Below, piece after piece: positions 43,101 through 51,763 of a DNA stretch of 64,000 nucleotides. The DNA lies in the NCBI GenBank assembly GCA_000002445.1, contig CP000071.1, positions 1,472,001 to 1,536,000 of the forward strand, read 5' to 3'. The stretch comes from Trypanosoma brucei. Its lineage: Eukaryota. A program made the translations under genes and the position numbers. Under the pieces are notes generated by a model. It did no database searches and was not told the origin of the DNA. It worked only from the letters and a program-made list of their open reading frames with translations. Position 1 is the stretch's first letter. Each line of letters opens with the position of its first letter.

Positions 43101-45783
43101 TGGAGAAACGCCGCTGGAAGAGTTTGCGAAAGGTGTCATCACTTACGTTGCACGTCAGCACGTTCTGTTGAGGGAGCGCTGTGATGGCCACGCAGTGAAT
43201 GTCCTGCAGTTTATGCCTCAAGGGCAACAATTTTCATCACGTGTGTACCAGCGGAGGCGACTACCACTTGTGTGCGCTCACGCACCTTCAGTCACTGGCT
43301 GGTTCTTTGATGAGGCAGAAGGGGAGGCTATAAAAAGGTTGTTTGCGCAAGCTGCTGCTTCCGGCGGCTGCACAAGGGCCGACAAGACGGGTGCAGGGGG
43401 TGAAGACGCTGTGGGTAATCTTGTCCGCTCAGCGGAGCATGGAATGTTTGAATACTTGCGCGCTTTATGTCTTTACTTACATTTGTTGGCCCTCACAGCA
43501 AATGTGTGCCACCACTTCCGCATACTGGGAAGTAGCGGTGAGATGAGCGATGTCCACTCCGGAGTGGTGGTTGGAAGAAGTCACAACCGCTACGGTTTCG
43601 AGGAAGAAAACAAAGACAGTATGGGCTGGCGTACGACCCGTGGAAAGGGTACGGGAAATGAGCAGCAAGACGCGAATGTGCGCCTATCCGAGCGGCGAGT
43701 AAACGCTGATGCCCGTCAGGCAGATCCTGAGGGTGTCAATGCAAATCTTCTTGAAAACATTTTACTGCACTTTATGAACGTGTCATTGGCTGTCATAGGT
43801 CATGCGGACTCTGTAACCCACCGAGCTGCGAGTATCGCCGTAGCCCCCGGTTGTGATGAGGAGCGCGCTCGTCGCGCATTATTCTATGCAGATGAGTTGC
43901 GGTTGATGGTTGCTGTAGCCGTGCAGGACTCCCTTCGTGTGTTGCTGCGGGAAGCCCCGGTTAGTTTTTCCCTCGCACGGCGTGTTACCCACCGTATCAT
44001 TTCAAGCTTCTCCTGTGAAGAGATTCCGTTGACTCCACTTGATGGTGACACAACAGGCGAGGGTTCCACCGCCGTTACAGGTGGAGCCTCAAAGGACCAC
44101 AACAATAGTGGTTTTGGAAGGCATATTGGGGATGAAAAACAAGTGGGTGGTGCGCTATCCGAACTCCCCCAAATCGATAGGGCAGAACTAACGAAGCTGC
44201 GCCTGAAGCGACCGGAGCTTCTGCTGCGGTCGCCTACGCTGCTTTGTATATTGTCGCCTTCTTTTTTCAATGAGGTTCTCTCGCAACACGTACGCAACGC
44301 TATCAGCCTCACCGTGACGCAGGTGGTAGCTTCGTTGCGCTTCTACCTGCGCGGACCTGATGCACGTCTCGGGCCGTTGATGTCGGCAACTGCAAGCATA
44401 CTTGCGAGTACCTACGTGCGAAACGCGGCATTGCGTCTTTTCTGCGAAGAGCTTTGTGGCCAGATCGTCGACCGTGACGATTTCCGTGATGCACTCGCTC
44501 CGCAGACTGTGGCTTCTGGACAACAGGGCGTTGTTGCGCCCGTTCCAAACGAGGTGCTCATCCCCTTTCTTGCCGCCATAGCGCGTGAGGATGCGTGTGT
44601 GACAAAAAATGCGTTGGCGCTGGTGCTCCACCGAGCCATGAGCCTGCGCCCCGATGTCTTTGGCCAGCCGCCCACGGAGGACCGCTTCTCACGGCTCGCC
44701 ATTGCCAGGCGAGGAAGTGGGATTGCGACCCCATCGAAGGTAGCGGGAGTTGGGTCCGATGGGATGGCGAGGGATCGACTGAGTCTTGGAGTTTCTACGG
44801 CAGACGTTGTGTTGGAGAGGCCAGCTGGGGCAGGAACTTCTCCAACGAGAGCCGAATGTGGAGAGGACATCGCAGAGATCGATCTTCCCACGCCAGGCAC
44901 CGATGACGAGGAGTGGGATGAAGTGACTGCGCTGAATCGCTTCAAAGTTAATCAGGCTGAGCAGGAAATTACACGAACGCACAAACGCGCCCTTGCGTCA
45001 CTCAACCTTACGCTTGCCGAGGTGATGGAAACAGCAATGCACTTTTCCACGATGCGGCGCTTAACATCGGAAGAACATAAAAAGGCGACGGCAATGATAC
45101 GATCAGCGGATGACGCAAGACACGAACGCGTTGCTGCTTTCCGCAGCGCCACCCCACCCGCTACAACGGGGTCGATAACTGGGAAAAGTTCCAGTGCATC
45201 TGTCCTCAAGGGTGACGGTGGTGAAGAAAGGAACATTAAAAGCAGCGACGATTCCCTTACCATCGCGGGTCACCCTGATGCTGCGTTGAACATCGACGAA
45301 CCAACAAACTTTGGCGTTGCGATGCTCCACATCAGCTTTGCACTTCGTAAAATCATCCACGTCTCCATGCGCCGACTTGCCGCACAACAGGGACCGAAAA
45401 CTCTTTGCATGATGGTGGAGATGCTTCGGGAAGTGGATCCTAAATGGCACCATGGTCCAAATGATGAACATCGAAGGCAGCTGGATAGTATGCTCGTGGG
45501 CACGCTACGGGTACTTGTGGCCCGCGCACTTGTCTGCGCAGATGCTGTGGGAGGAGCGGATGACTTGATGGCTGGTGGTGCCAGCGGTGTGGCAATGAGC
45601 CTTGCGGGGTTACAGAGGACAGAACGGGCATTGTACCTCGTACAGCACCTCAAGAATGGCAACCGCGGGGGGAGCGCTGGGCCCAACGTGGCAAAGAGTA
45701 AATGCACCAGTAGGGGCGTGAGCAGAGGTGCAAGTAGGGATTTGAGGAGACAACGCCCGGGGTGCATGGCGCCTGTGAGGTAG
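37141..45783 (+). CDS. Very large (about 2880 aa) uncharacterised protein. Predicted mostly alpha-helical (Ala/Leu/Ser/Arg-rich), possibly an alpha-solenoid (HEAT/ARM-like) scaffold. First ATG used; the track start at 37123 is GTG.
   Basis: Single uninterrupted 8.6-kb ORF with strong coding bias. No catalytic motif recognised (no P-loop, kinase, helicase, chorein or PI3K-like signature seen by eye). Long amphipathic helical stretches. Confidence 0.7.
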   Translation: MLVTPILRLPTRRSVAITHGIGNSLAAIGLRKLSSAASNRKRGSNSDSDGATARRDGGLLLLQLKWRAKELLLAEYDKKESQKKPQILQVHADGTFDVEWRNQLPHKASSAARPTEEERVTLLCQLLAVTVKERCGRGAQDCFFASFPTDASVLLPARAAEAVVAPFGRQARLWEEQHEWQAIVSCAAKVFGSWGIKHTKDSRDARRRGSYSNLQLRTVVRNFVDKVESLCSLRLGASREMAAKGRQKRTKRPKMSEGGDVAEDGLTPDTMLNTLYRLAVLLRLLSCLFERCEGQVGSVADCEHLKEVVHCILSEIESRRFIVVGLDGSSEAMEGLAALVLAAFGRNCGGIRAGGSRVGSEVHWRAYKGEFSEALLLLCSAYLRIVPARAVGFELESSGTGSEPTSISNSETISVVRALHQCWDRWKATIHVHGSAAAFWWLRLVPLILEALLDATEKMSNSRGHKGDADSRESQVKLLQSELLATLCGMLYFDEERYNERMTILSARQAAEEAKVGQVGNGGDGDNPTNATPSETEADDAHGLTRPRAGRSMLRKGQEGGVLLPSSSEALRKSSRFLSRRTVGDSGGGVGANTNAGTALMDVGVNSPLFDLLATSDDAVSELSSLFAIEKMGRSCTLENLWLILLAAHRHLRPYRTSSAVCTHEGDGELGKEANNFFSGDEVVVEANASNGKSPMTLAVPAFVLASIQHLATTLACAVVNLYDLSDPSFLRDDNIRRAVSIAIVAGTQELLLRSRFYSDALLSNWWLRSGVSSAFGEGQKSFASLENHMMALVAQRTRYRGRLGWVKESTRVALHCLSSMPLSPLAKQWAASLVVCNLRDVTFLLRNQRVGISSSTAFALAKGTLTDSAAAADVDGSERLSLDGWARETFTTLLATLTADVELVLLCGYAGFIDTLFEMHMRIGTNQEEMMRFGDDVLLNVNLAAVLASLSKSATDSDAETHAATCESALFVLAEFSRFASWPNLDNSSVLRTDGNSLLIRVAVYCLRHARRAGGKRPSGYGLPAPHLPEAGEMVEKVLSTCGPTLSFLLARGNRCSYLQVLDLSNRLLPFSRVQPLYGGRESSCVAALQHYLRGSHHALLSMPSSSTPTGPTVAANISGSGAASQKQLLEESLKRLNFMANTTISTHVLGYLVRFVEHYLREQERCSRSTMEDLPTTTTGCHSPSLHGDENVAADRSKEQRESAMVTLARVEAAPLVLLDYMGYLSCAGSWAMVNWTFNLAETSLKIQRKHQIATTTSVVDVAVGAILSQLRAVVMPATPQIPSNMPKSLICLCDMISESPVTLLGFDRGSPLQGILKQTSRGDYRAMLFAMKQAVLLVQRASAKYRTSAPHSPNDASGGEKNDEASVGGDDRSGAEVKAYFSMPVGECSPDDQRQLRLFLECLLMCFDDVLDAIRWCALQQDVLDDELRDVLLLELQTLIRILRGCLRTVLLLSPEQKRRFHGESAQLLWVSLCVASAIGKVASVDYGRICFSGTVMHSVAALLDGVERLVKEHTVSGAHKNKQANKKEPADVDRRSGGAPLMGAIELSLNLFFSDALMSHRLALRLGLGLRERSDFTALATALRTLASAAARYEPAGRIVQFVWRTLCEELVNTVKPVKRKGRGSKATKEPSAGVKVPSKDELKLLLDSFNDLQNEVAESVASRQSKGRAAEYVVEWACPDAQAVLDSVVEDPSVLRGDRWRKRETNSSDPTSLSDSCEKEEEEQSLADWSATIPTTAVPGAVAAFMEMDAALLLEDGGNVTNEEALEAFLRQCSRLHLSSTVVASNDSNVAIPQTNKVILIHFGCVMAIVERCTLAEIASFPRGELVFGSLHLFYRPQTPVPLEKLHMLWLKLGERWNEEFIIPDCKIFERQQQEFLQLVRQRRALFQPSERGMEDTAGSHPNDHEKEGLLLRDSVIARLARQNVPPLPYDVEMLPHDGFSALDGGFTALSGSSQQFKDRLPFRIPLDALLTLLHDFSRAPRGETPLEEFAKGVITYVARQHVLLRERCDGHAVNVLQFMPQGQQFSSRVYQRRRLPLVCAHAPSVTGWFFDEAEGEAIKRLFAQAAASGGCTRADKTGAGGEDAVGNLVRSAEHGMFEYLRALCLYLHLLALTANVCHHFRILGSSGEMSDVHSGVVVGRSHNRYGFEEENKDSMGWRTTRGKGTGNEQQDANVRLSERRVNADARQADPEGVNANLLENILLHFMNVSLAVIGHADSVTHRAASIAVAPGCDEERARRALFYADELRLMVAVAVQDSLRVLLREAPVSFSLARRVTHRIISSFSCEEIPLTPLDGDTTGEGSTAVTGGASKDHNNSGFGRHIGDEKQVGGALSELPQIDRAELTKLRLKRPELLLRSPTLLCILSPSFFNEVLSQHVRNAISLTVTQVVASLRFYLRGPDARLGPLMSATASILASTYVRNAALRLFCEELCGQIVDRDDFRDALAPQTVASGQQGVVAPVPNEVLIPFLAAIAREDACVTKNALALVLHRAMSLRPDVFGQPPTEDRFSRLAIARRGSGIATPSKVAGVGSDGMARDRLSLGVSTADVVLERPAGAGTSPTRAECGEDIAEIDLPTPGTDDEEWDEVTALNRFKVNQAEQEITRTHKRALASLNLTLAEVMETAMHFSTMRRLTSEEHKKATAMIRSADDARHERVAAFRSATPPATTGSITGKSSSASVLKGDGGEERNIKSSDDSLTIAGHPDAALNIDEPTNFGVAMLHISFALRKIIHVSMRRLAAQQGPKTLCMMVEMLREVDPKWHHGPNDEHRRQLDSMLVGTLRVLVARALVCADAVGGADDLMAGGASGVAMSLAGLQRTERALYLVQHLKNGNRGGSAGPNVAKSKCTSRGVSRGASRDLRRQRPGCMAPVR

Positions 45784-45982
45784 TGATCGACTGAATGTGG
45801 TGGCAGGCATGCTTGTGGGATGGCGCGAGCGTTATAATTGATCACATATACATTATCTTCACCTTCAACACATGCAACAGTGACTATTAAATTGTTCGTA
45901 CATAAGTAACGTTGTATCATCACCACAAAAAAAAAATAATAATAACACCTTTGATATTCATACAAACACTTACCTCCCCCTT

Positions 45983-46004
45983 CACACACACACACACACA
46001 CACA
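45983..46004. repeat. (CA)n dinucleotide microsatellite in the intergenic region.
   Basis: ttcacacacacacacacacacacagacaaacagac. It generates the spurious VCVCVCVC minus-strand ORF 45270..46157. Confidence 0.9.
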
Positions 46005-46353
46005 GACAAACAGACGATCACACAAGCATATTCGTGGTAACGCCATGTATCTTAGTGTGGCCTGTTGCTGGAGAAGGGGAATACTCTGTTTGCATGATTC
46101 GAAGAAAGATCTCCTTTTTGTATTGTTGTGCTTCTTTTTTTTGCTATTTTGTATCATTGTTTTTAAAAGAGCACCTCTCTAATTAACGCGGAGACACCAC
46201 TGAGGATCACTCGGGACCTTACAACCAAGGCAACCCACCTTGACAGTATATAGGTAAAGGAGGGTTTGTTGTACAGAAGGTGAGGCCAAATTGAGTGCGA
46301 TTCAGAGGGAAGGAGGAAGAAGTGAAAAATAAAATAAAGCCTAGATAGCAACA

Positions 46354-49300
46354 ATGAGGGGGTTGCTGTCTCACAATATAGGGGCAATGAAACATCCTGA
46401 GTACCCCCGAACGGATAGCGATGCTTCCTACACGCGGCCGCTCACTATGGATAGTGCTCGCGCAGCTTCGGTATCTGGGAGCGCGCAAAGTGGTTTACCT
46501 GTAGTGTCTTCCATGCAGAGGACACACCCCGGTTCCCCACGCACTACGGTTGCGTGGGATCGGCGCGACGCCAACGCTGGAAAGGCTGAGCCACAAACGG
46601 CTATCGATATGCTGGCGACAGCGTTGTTGCAGCCCTCGCCAAAGGCGTTTGTGGAGTCCGCTCACATTAACCGCTCGTCCACCCCCAAAAAGGTGCGTAC
46701 GCCACCGGTGAAGCACGGTTCACCAAACAAGCAAGGTCCCCGGTGTCACGCTCGGTCGAGCAATGGAGGGACTGACGGTGCCCTACGGCTGAAAGCCACC
46801 ACTCGCTCAGAGAAGCCGGAAGAAGTGCCCCCGGTGGGTACCGGATGCTCTGCTACTGATGGTGCCAAACTGACAACTGACGAAAGGGTTCTAATAGGGA
46901 GGACTGCGTCGGATTTGTACCTCTTTTCAAAAACGAAGACAAAGGGAGGAAGGAGTGTGGGCCGGCAAAGGAAGCGTCTTGAGGGACAAGCGTCAGAGAT
47001 GACCATTGCGGGGAAGCGTGTTTGTGTACATGAGAAGACCCCAGCAACTTCTCGCAAGGATCAGCTGCTCGCACATCCCAACATGGTTATGACAACTAGT
47101 AATGGCAGTGACAGCCAGGATAGTTCTCAGACGACCGATTCAAGGGATGGGTGGTGGGAAGAGGGGAAGGGGCAGGTTGTAAACCCACTCAGCGTCACTA
47201 AGTTAAAGGTTCACCAAAGTGTTGACGATGGTGACACACCCTTGCCGATTTCCATTGACGTAATGTGTTCCACACCCGACAATTCTGAGGAGATCGCCGA
47301 TAGCGTTAGCTCAGTGGGGAGCTCACTGTGCAGTGGCACCGCGTCTCTGGTCAAGGGTCAAATGGACATTATTCCCAACCTCACGGAGGAAAATGGTTCT
47401 GATCAAGGTGTCTCCCATAGGGGAGAAGACCTAAGCGGCGAGGTTAAATCGAAGGAATCATCGCAGTTACTGGTTGGTGAAAATGGAGTCCTTGATGCGC
47501 AAAGGCGTCTTTCGTCAGTGAAGAAGGCATCTGATTTCAGGCTCCAGAGCGCCGGAGCAAAGCCGCCAGGAAAGTTGGTTGCAACCGGCGAAAGCCTGCG
47601 CGGTGCCGGTGATTCCTGCGAGAGTGCCGCACACAAAGTAGAGGAGATAAGCAAGAAAACTATGGAGGTGCTGGACCAAGTACGAAATAGTTGTTTGACA
47701 GTGGCTCCAGCACCTACCAACATCGCGACGGGGAGCCCCCCTGGTGTGTCCGTTGCAAGGAATCCATCCAATGTTAGTTCCATCAAGCCCATTTCGTGTG
47801 GCTCCGCCGGCTGTAGGAAGAACCAAGAAGCGGTAGTGAGTGAGAAGACTAGTAAAGATTTGGCCATAGAGGAGCAGCGTGTTCTCATGGGGTACCTTTC
47901 AGCGTCCGAGTTGGATCTCTCCATGTCAACCTTCAAGCAGATTGGATGCTCTCTCCGAGTCTCAAAAGCACTTCGTGTGCTGAACCTGAAGGGCTGCACG
48001 GCAAGTGAGAAGGGACTGTGTGGCCTGTCAGAGGTTGAAAGTTTAGAGGTTGTGTGTGTTTCACATATGCGAAACCTTACCTCCCTGACAGTACTGGCTA
48101 CGCGTCAGGATGGTCTCTCGTCAAATATCCGAGAGATCGACGCCCGGTGCAGTTCTGTTACCAGTGCTGGTCTTTCGGGGTTAGACAAGATGACGTGCCT
48201 CTCTAAACTCAACCTAAGCCTCACACCAGTGACGAGTGTGAGTCTGCTCGGGGGATCAACTTCCCTGATGGAGCTGAATCTTTCCGGCACTGCTGTGACG
48301 AGCGATGGGCTACTTGGGTTGGAGAAGATTCCCTCACTGACCACACTCAATCTCAGTCGCACTAAAGTAAAGTCACTCCAAAAGATTGCCGAATCGCAGA
48401 CGCTGGAAAATCTAAATCTGTACTCGTGCAGGGTTGATACCAGTGATGTGCGGGGAGTGGAGTGTATGCCTCGGTTGAAGTCCCTTGACTTCAGTACCAC
48501 AAAAGTGTCCGACCTTTCGTTTCTTTCCTCAAGCCCTTCACTGAAAACGTTGAGGGCACAGTGGCTTACTTTGAGGAATTGTGGTGGTATTACTGAGGGT
48601 CGGTACAGCAAGCGTAACATTTCTGGTGGGGATACAAAATTATTCGACTTTATTGGAAACATAAGGGGAAATAACTTTCCGTGCTGGGAAGACCCTGGAA
48701 AAGAGGACCAAGACGTCGAAGCCGGTGTTTGTGGGTTGGCCAAAATACCCACGCTAGAGTTTGTCGATTTATCGTATAGTTCGGTTAGCAGTGTTCGTTC
48801 GTTGTTTTCTAGCAAATCAATCGAGACGATTGTGTTGCGCCGCACCCCGATTGACGACAATGGTATCAAAGATATTGGGCAGCTTCAAACGCTGAAGACG
48901 CTTGTGATTAATAATTTGGGCGATCTCATCTCCGAAGGCGGTGACGAGAATTTATCTGAGACGAAGGGCGTTTTAGTTTCTGTCAAAGATATTACACTGG
49001 CTTTCGGCATGGTTATCCTCGACCTATCCTTTACGGACGTCTATGACCTTCGTATGATAACGTCTTTAAAATGTCTCAAGGAACTATATCTTGTGGAGAC
49101 CCTCATCACCGTCGACGGAATCCGTGGGGTGGAACAATTACCTTCTCTTCGGCTGCTCGATATTTCCCAGACAAGTGTACTTTCGTTGGATTTCCTCTCG
49201 GAGGGATGCAAGGCGCTGGAGCAGTTATTTGTCAAATCCAACCGTAATACAAGCGGCTTTTGTATCGGAAAAATATATCGCCTTCCCATGCTTAAGGAAC

Positions 49301-49920
49301 TCGACGTCAGTGACACTGTTGTAGAGGACATTTCGGCACTCCTGCATTCTTCATGCACACTTCAACGGTTTGTTTGCCGTTGGGGGGAGCGGAGGGTCGC
49401 AAATGGCCTAACGGAGCCGTTGACTCCTTGGTTGCGACCTGCGTTGCTAGATGGCATGGATGCGCTTCCCCATTTGGAAAGCATTGATTTCACAAACTCC
49501 ACCCTTCGATCCGTCACGTTCCTCGCCCGTTCACGTTCGCTTCGGCGTATTGTGTTGGGGCGGAGCAGTAATCTTTCGAACAACGGCATCGGTGGTCTCG
49601 CCCAGATCCCAACTTTGGAGGCGTTGGACCTTAGTTTTTGTGCTCGCATCAGTGACGTGCGGCCACTTGTATCATCGTCTTCTTTGCAGGAGTTAAGGTT
49701 AGTTGGAACCGGTGTGACGGCTGTCGGACTCCACGGCGCATTGCAAATGAAGGCGCTGAAACTTTTAGATGTCACGGGAACTCCCGCAGCAGACGAATTG
49801 AGTGGTATTAGTAATGAGGGAGGCCCGGTGCTTGTGGTTAAGGGCGGTGAGGCGTGCAGCACAAACTTTCCTTCATTATTCAGGCGGTGCCGAACAAGTC
49901 CTGTTGTGATACTACAGTAA
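46354..49920 (+). CDS. Leucine-rich-repeat protein, 1188 aa. Ser/Thr/Pro-rich, probably disordered N-terminal half, then about 25 tandem LRRs of roughly 23-25 residues.
   Basis: Repeated LxxLDLSxTxVTSxxLxGL-type units from about residue 520 to the C-terminus, e.g. LNLSGTAVTSDGLLGLEKIPSLTTLNLSRTKVKSL, LDFSTTKVSDLSFL, LDVSDTVVEDISAL and LDLSFCARISDVRPL. ATG start. Confidence 0.75.
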   Translation: MRGLLSHNIGAMKHPEYPRTDSDASYTRPLTMDSARAASVSGSAQSGLPVVSSMQRTHPGSPRTTVAWDRRDANAGKAEPQTAIDMLATALLQPSPKAFVESAHINRSSTPKKVRTPPVKHGSPNKQGPRCHARSSNGGTDGALRLKATTRSEKPEEVPPVGTGCSATDGAKLTTDERVLIGRTASDLYLFSKTKTKGGRSVGRQRKRLEGQASEMTIAGKRVCVHEKTPATSRKDQLLAHPNMVMTTSNGSDSQDSSQTTDSRDGWWEEGKGQVVNPLSVTKLKVHQSVDDGDTPLPISIDVMCSTPDNSEEIADSVSSVGSSLCSGTASLVKGQMDIIPNLTEENGSDQGVSHRGEDLSGEVKSKESSQLLVGENGVLDAQRRLSSVKKASDFRLQSAGAKPPGKLVATGESLRGAGDSCESAAHKVEEISKKTMEVLDQVRNSCLTVAPAPTNIATGSPPGVSVARNPSNVSSIKPISCGSAGCRKNQEAVVSEKTSKDLAIEEQRVLMGYLSASELDLSMSTFKQIGCSLRVSKALRVLNLKGCTASEKGLCGLSEVESLEVVCVSHMRNLTSLTVLATRQDGLSSNIREIDARCSSVTSAGLSGLDKMTCLSKLNLSLTPVTSVSLLGGSTSLMELNLSGTAVTSDGLLGLEKIPSLTTLNLSRTKVKSLQKIAESQTLENLNLYSCRVDTSDVRGVECMPRLKSLDFSTTKVSDLSFLSSSPSLKTLRAQWLTLRNCGGITEGRYSKRNISGGDTKLFDFIGNIRGNNFPCWEDPGKEDQDVEAGVCGLAKIPTLEFVDLSYSSVSSVRSLFSSKSIETIVLRRTPIDDNGIKDIGQLQTLKTLVINNLGDLISEGGDENLSETKGVLVSVKDITLAFGMVILDLSFTDVYDLRMITSLKCLKELYLVETLITVDGIRGVEQLPSLRLLDISQTSVLSLDFLSEGCKALEQLFVKSNRNTSGFCIGKIYRLPMLKELDVSDTVVEDISALLHSSCTLQRFVCRWGERRVANGLTEPLTPWLRPALLDGMDALPHLESIDFTNSTLRSVTFLARSRSLRRIVLGRSSNLSNNGIGGLAQIPTLEALDLSFCARISDVRPLVSSSSLQELRLVGTGVTAVGLHGALQMKALKLLDVTGTPAADELSGISNEGGPVLVVKGGEACSTNFPSLFRRCRTSPVVILQ

Positions 49921-50285
49921 CCCTACAGTGAGAAGAGATGCCTTGCGCTTCGTTTGTTCACATGACGCATGATCGGCGTGCTTTTACACTTATATCTGCG
50001 AAGCTCGTGTTTCTTCCTTTTTATTTTTTTAAAAAAAGCTTCAATGTTTTAATGGGGCGGCGATGTGAAACGTGGGGCTACGAGCGTGAGGTGAACTCGG
50101 CTAATTATTATGAGCAGGAGAAGAGAGAAGTGGTGAGGGCGGTACTGCGCGCCGTGAAGACATGTGTAATATTTGCACTGCGTGAAATTGAATCATGAAG
50201 AGGAATGGAGATGACACGGGTTGATGTAGAAGAGAGGAAAAAATTTCTAGTAGTAGCGGTTTCGTAGTGACGAGTATAGTTAATT

Positions 50286-50318
<33 letters not shown>

Positions 50319-51446
50319 GTTTGATAATACGGTTGTGAGGATATGCAGTGACCAGCAAAGTAATAGAGGTATAAAGTGAGGCATAAGGAGGGCAATGAAT
50401 GACTGTCCGATGGTGGCCAAACAACAACGACTGCAACAATAAAATGGAAGAGAGGATTTGGTGGGGAGTCTCACGTGTCATAATGACAATTGGGTACGTG
50501 ATTGTTTACTTGTGTTACATCACTTAAACCCACACACCCACTCTTTCTACCTTTCTGTCTGTTTTTCTAGTTCCCAAGGAACTAACTTACCCTTTTGTTC
50601 TTTTTTTTCTTTTCCTCCTTTTTTTTATTTTGGCCATGCATGTGGTTAAATGCACTGCTCCACATGCAAAAGGAGCCAATAGCCGCCGTTGTAACGTTGT
50701 AGTTACCATTCTTGTCGTTATCATTATTACCAAGGCTTCGACCGTCGGGTTTCTCTTTCTCTCTTTTTTTCTTTTTGATCTTGCCCTTGCTCTTGCTTTT
50801 GCCTTTGTTTCTGTTTCTGTCCTTTGTTTTATGTTTATCTGTTTGCATTCCTACGAACACAAATAAATTGCATGCACAAACGCATTATATATATTTATGC
50901 ACATATATATATGTATATATTTGCGTGCTTGTGTGTGAATTTTATTTCTATATTTATTCGTTTACCTTTTTTTATATTTATATTTCATGTGTTCACCGTG
51001 TGATTTTTACCTGTCGGAATATGCAACTGGATGAATGTTGTTACAATTATTATTGTTATCATTATCAATGCTATTATTAATAATATGACCACTACTTACT
51101 TTTCCACTTACTTATATTGCCACGAACTTTTTGTTTTTTTTTTTGGTACGCTTAACCGTGACTCTGCACCACGAATAAAATGAAGAGGTGAAGGAGGGAA
51201 GGAAGGAAGGAAAAAAAAAAAGAAAAAAGAAAATAAAACGAAAAGAAGGGGAGACGGCCGTGAGGTGTTTTTTTTTTTTGGGGAGAAAAAAAAACAATAA
51301 TAAAGAGGAAAGAGGAGAAAAGGCATTTCCTTTTTGCATTTGTGGTTTCGTTACAATGGCGTTCGTCCCTTCTTTTTCTTTTCTTTTCTTTTTTTTCTTA
51401 AATGTTCCTTTTGTTGTTACTTATTTTTGTATTTGTGTGTGTCAGT

Positions 51447-51477
<31 letters not shown>

Positions 51478-51719
51478 CGTGGGTGAAGGAAATGGGAACA
51501 ATTTTCACATGAAGCAAAAAAATAAAATAAAAAGGAAAAAAAAAGGAAAAAAAAAGAAGAAAATTGGATGAGGAATGAAGGGGAGGAAAGAAGAAGAAAA
51601 AGAAGAGGAGGTAAAATAATAATTAAAAAAAAAAAAGAGCACAAAAGACATAATGAAGCAAAAAAAAAAGGAAAAAGGAAAAAGGAAAGGAAAGGAAAAA
51701 GTGAAAATGAATATATGCA

Positions 51720-51763
<44 letters not shown>

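Noticed and set aside
45270-46157. 295-aa minus-strand ORF spanning the end of the giant gene and the following spacer.
   Set aside because: Part of it is the translation of a (CA)n microsatellite (VCVCVCVC) and a T-rich tract. The rest is antisense to the giant ORF's 3' end.
49938-50198. 86-aa + strand ORF with an ATG 18 nt after the LRR gene stop.
   Set aside because: It lies in what should be the LRR gene's 3' UTR. It has no splice-acceptor signal of its own, poor codon usage and no recognisable motif.
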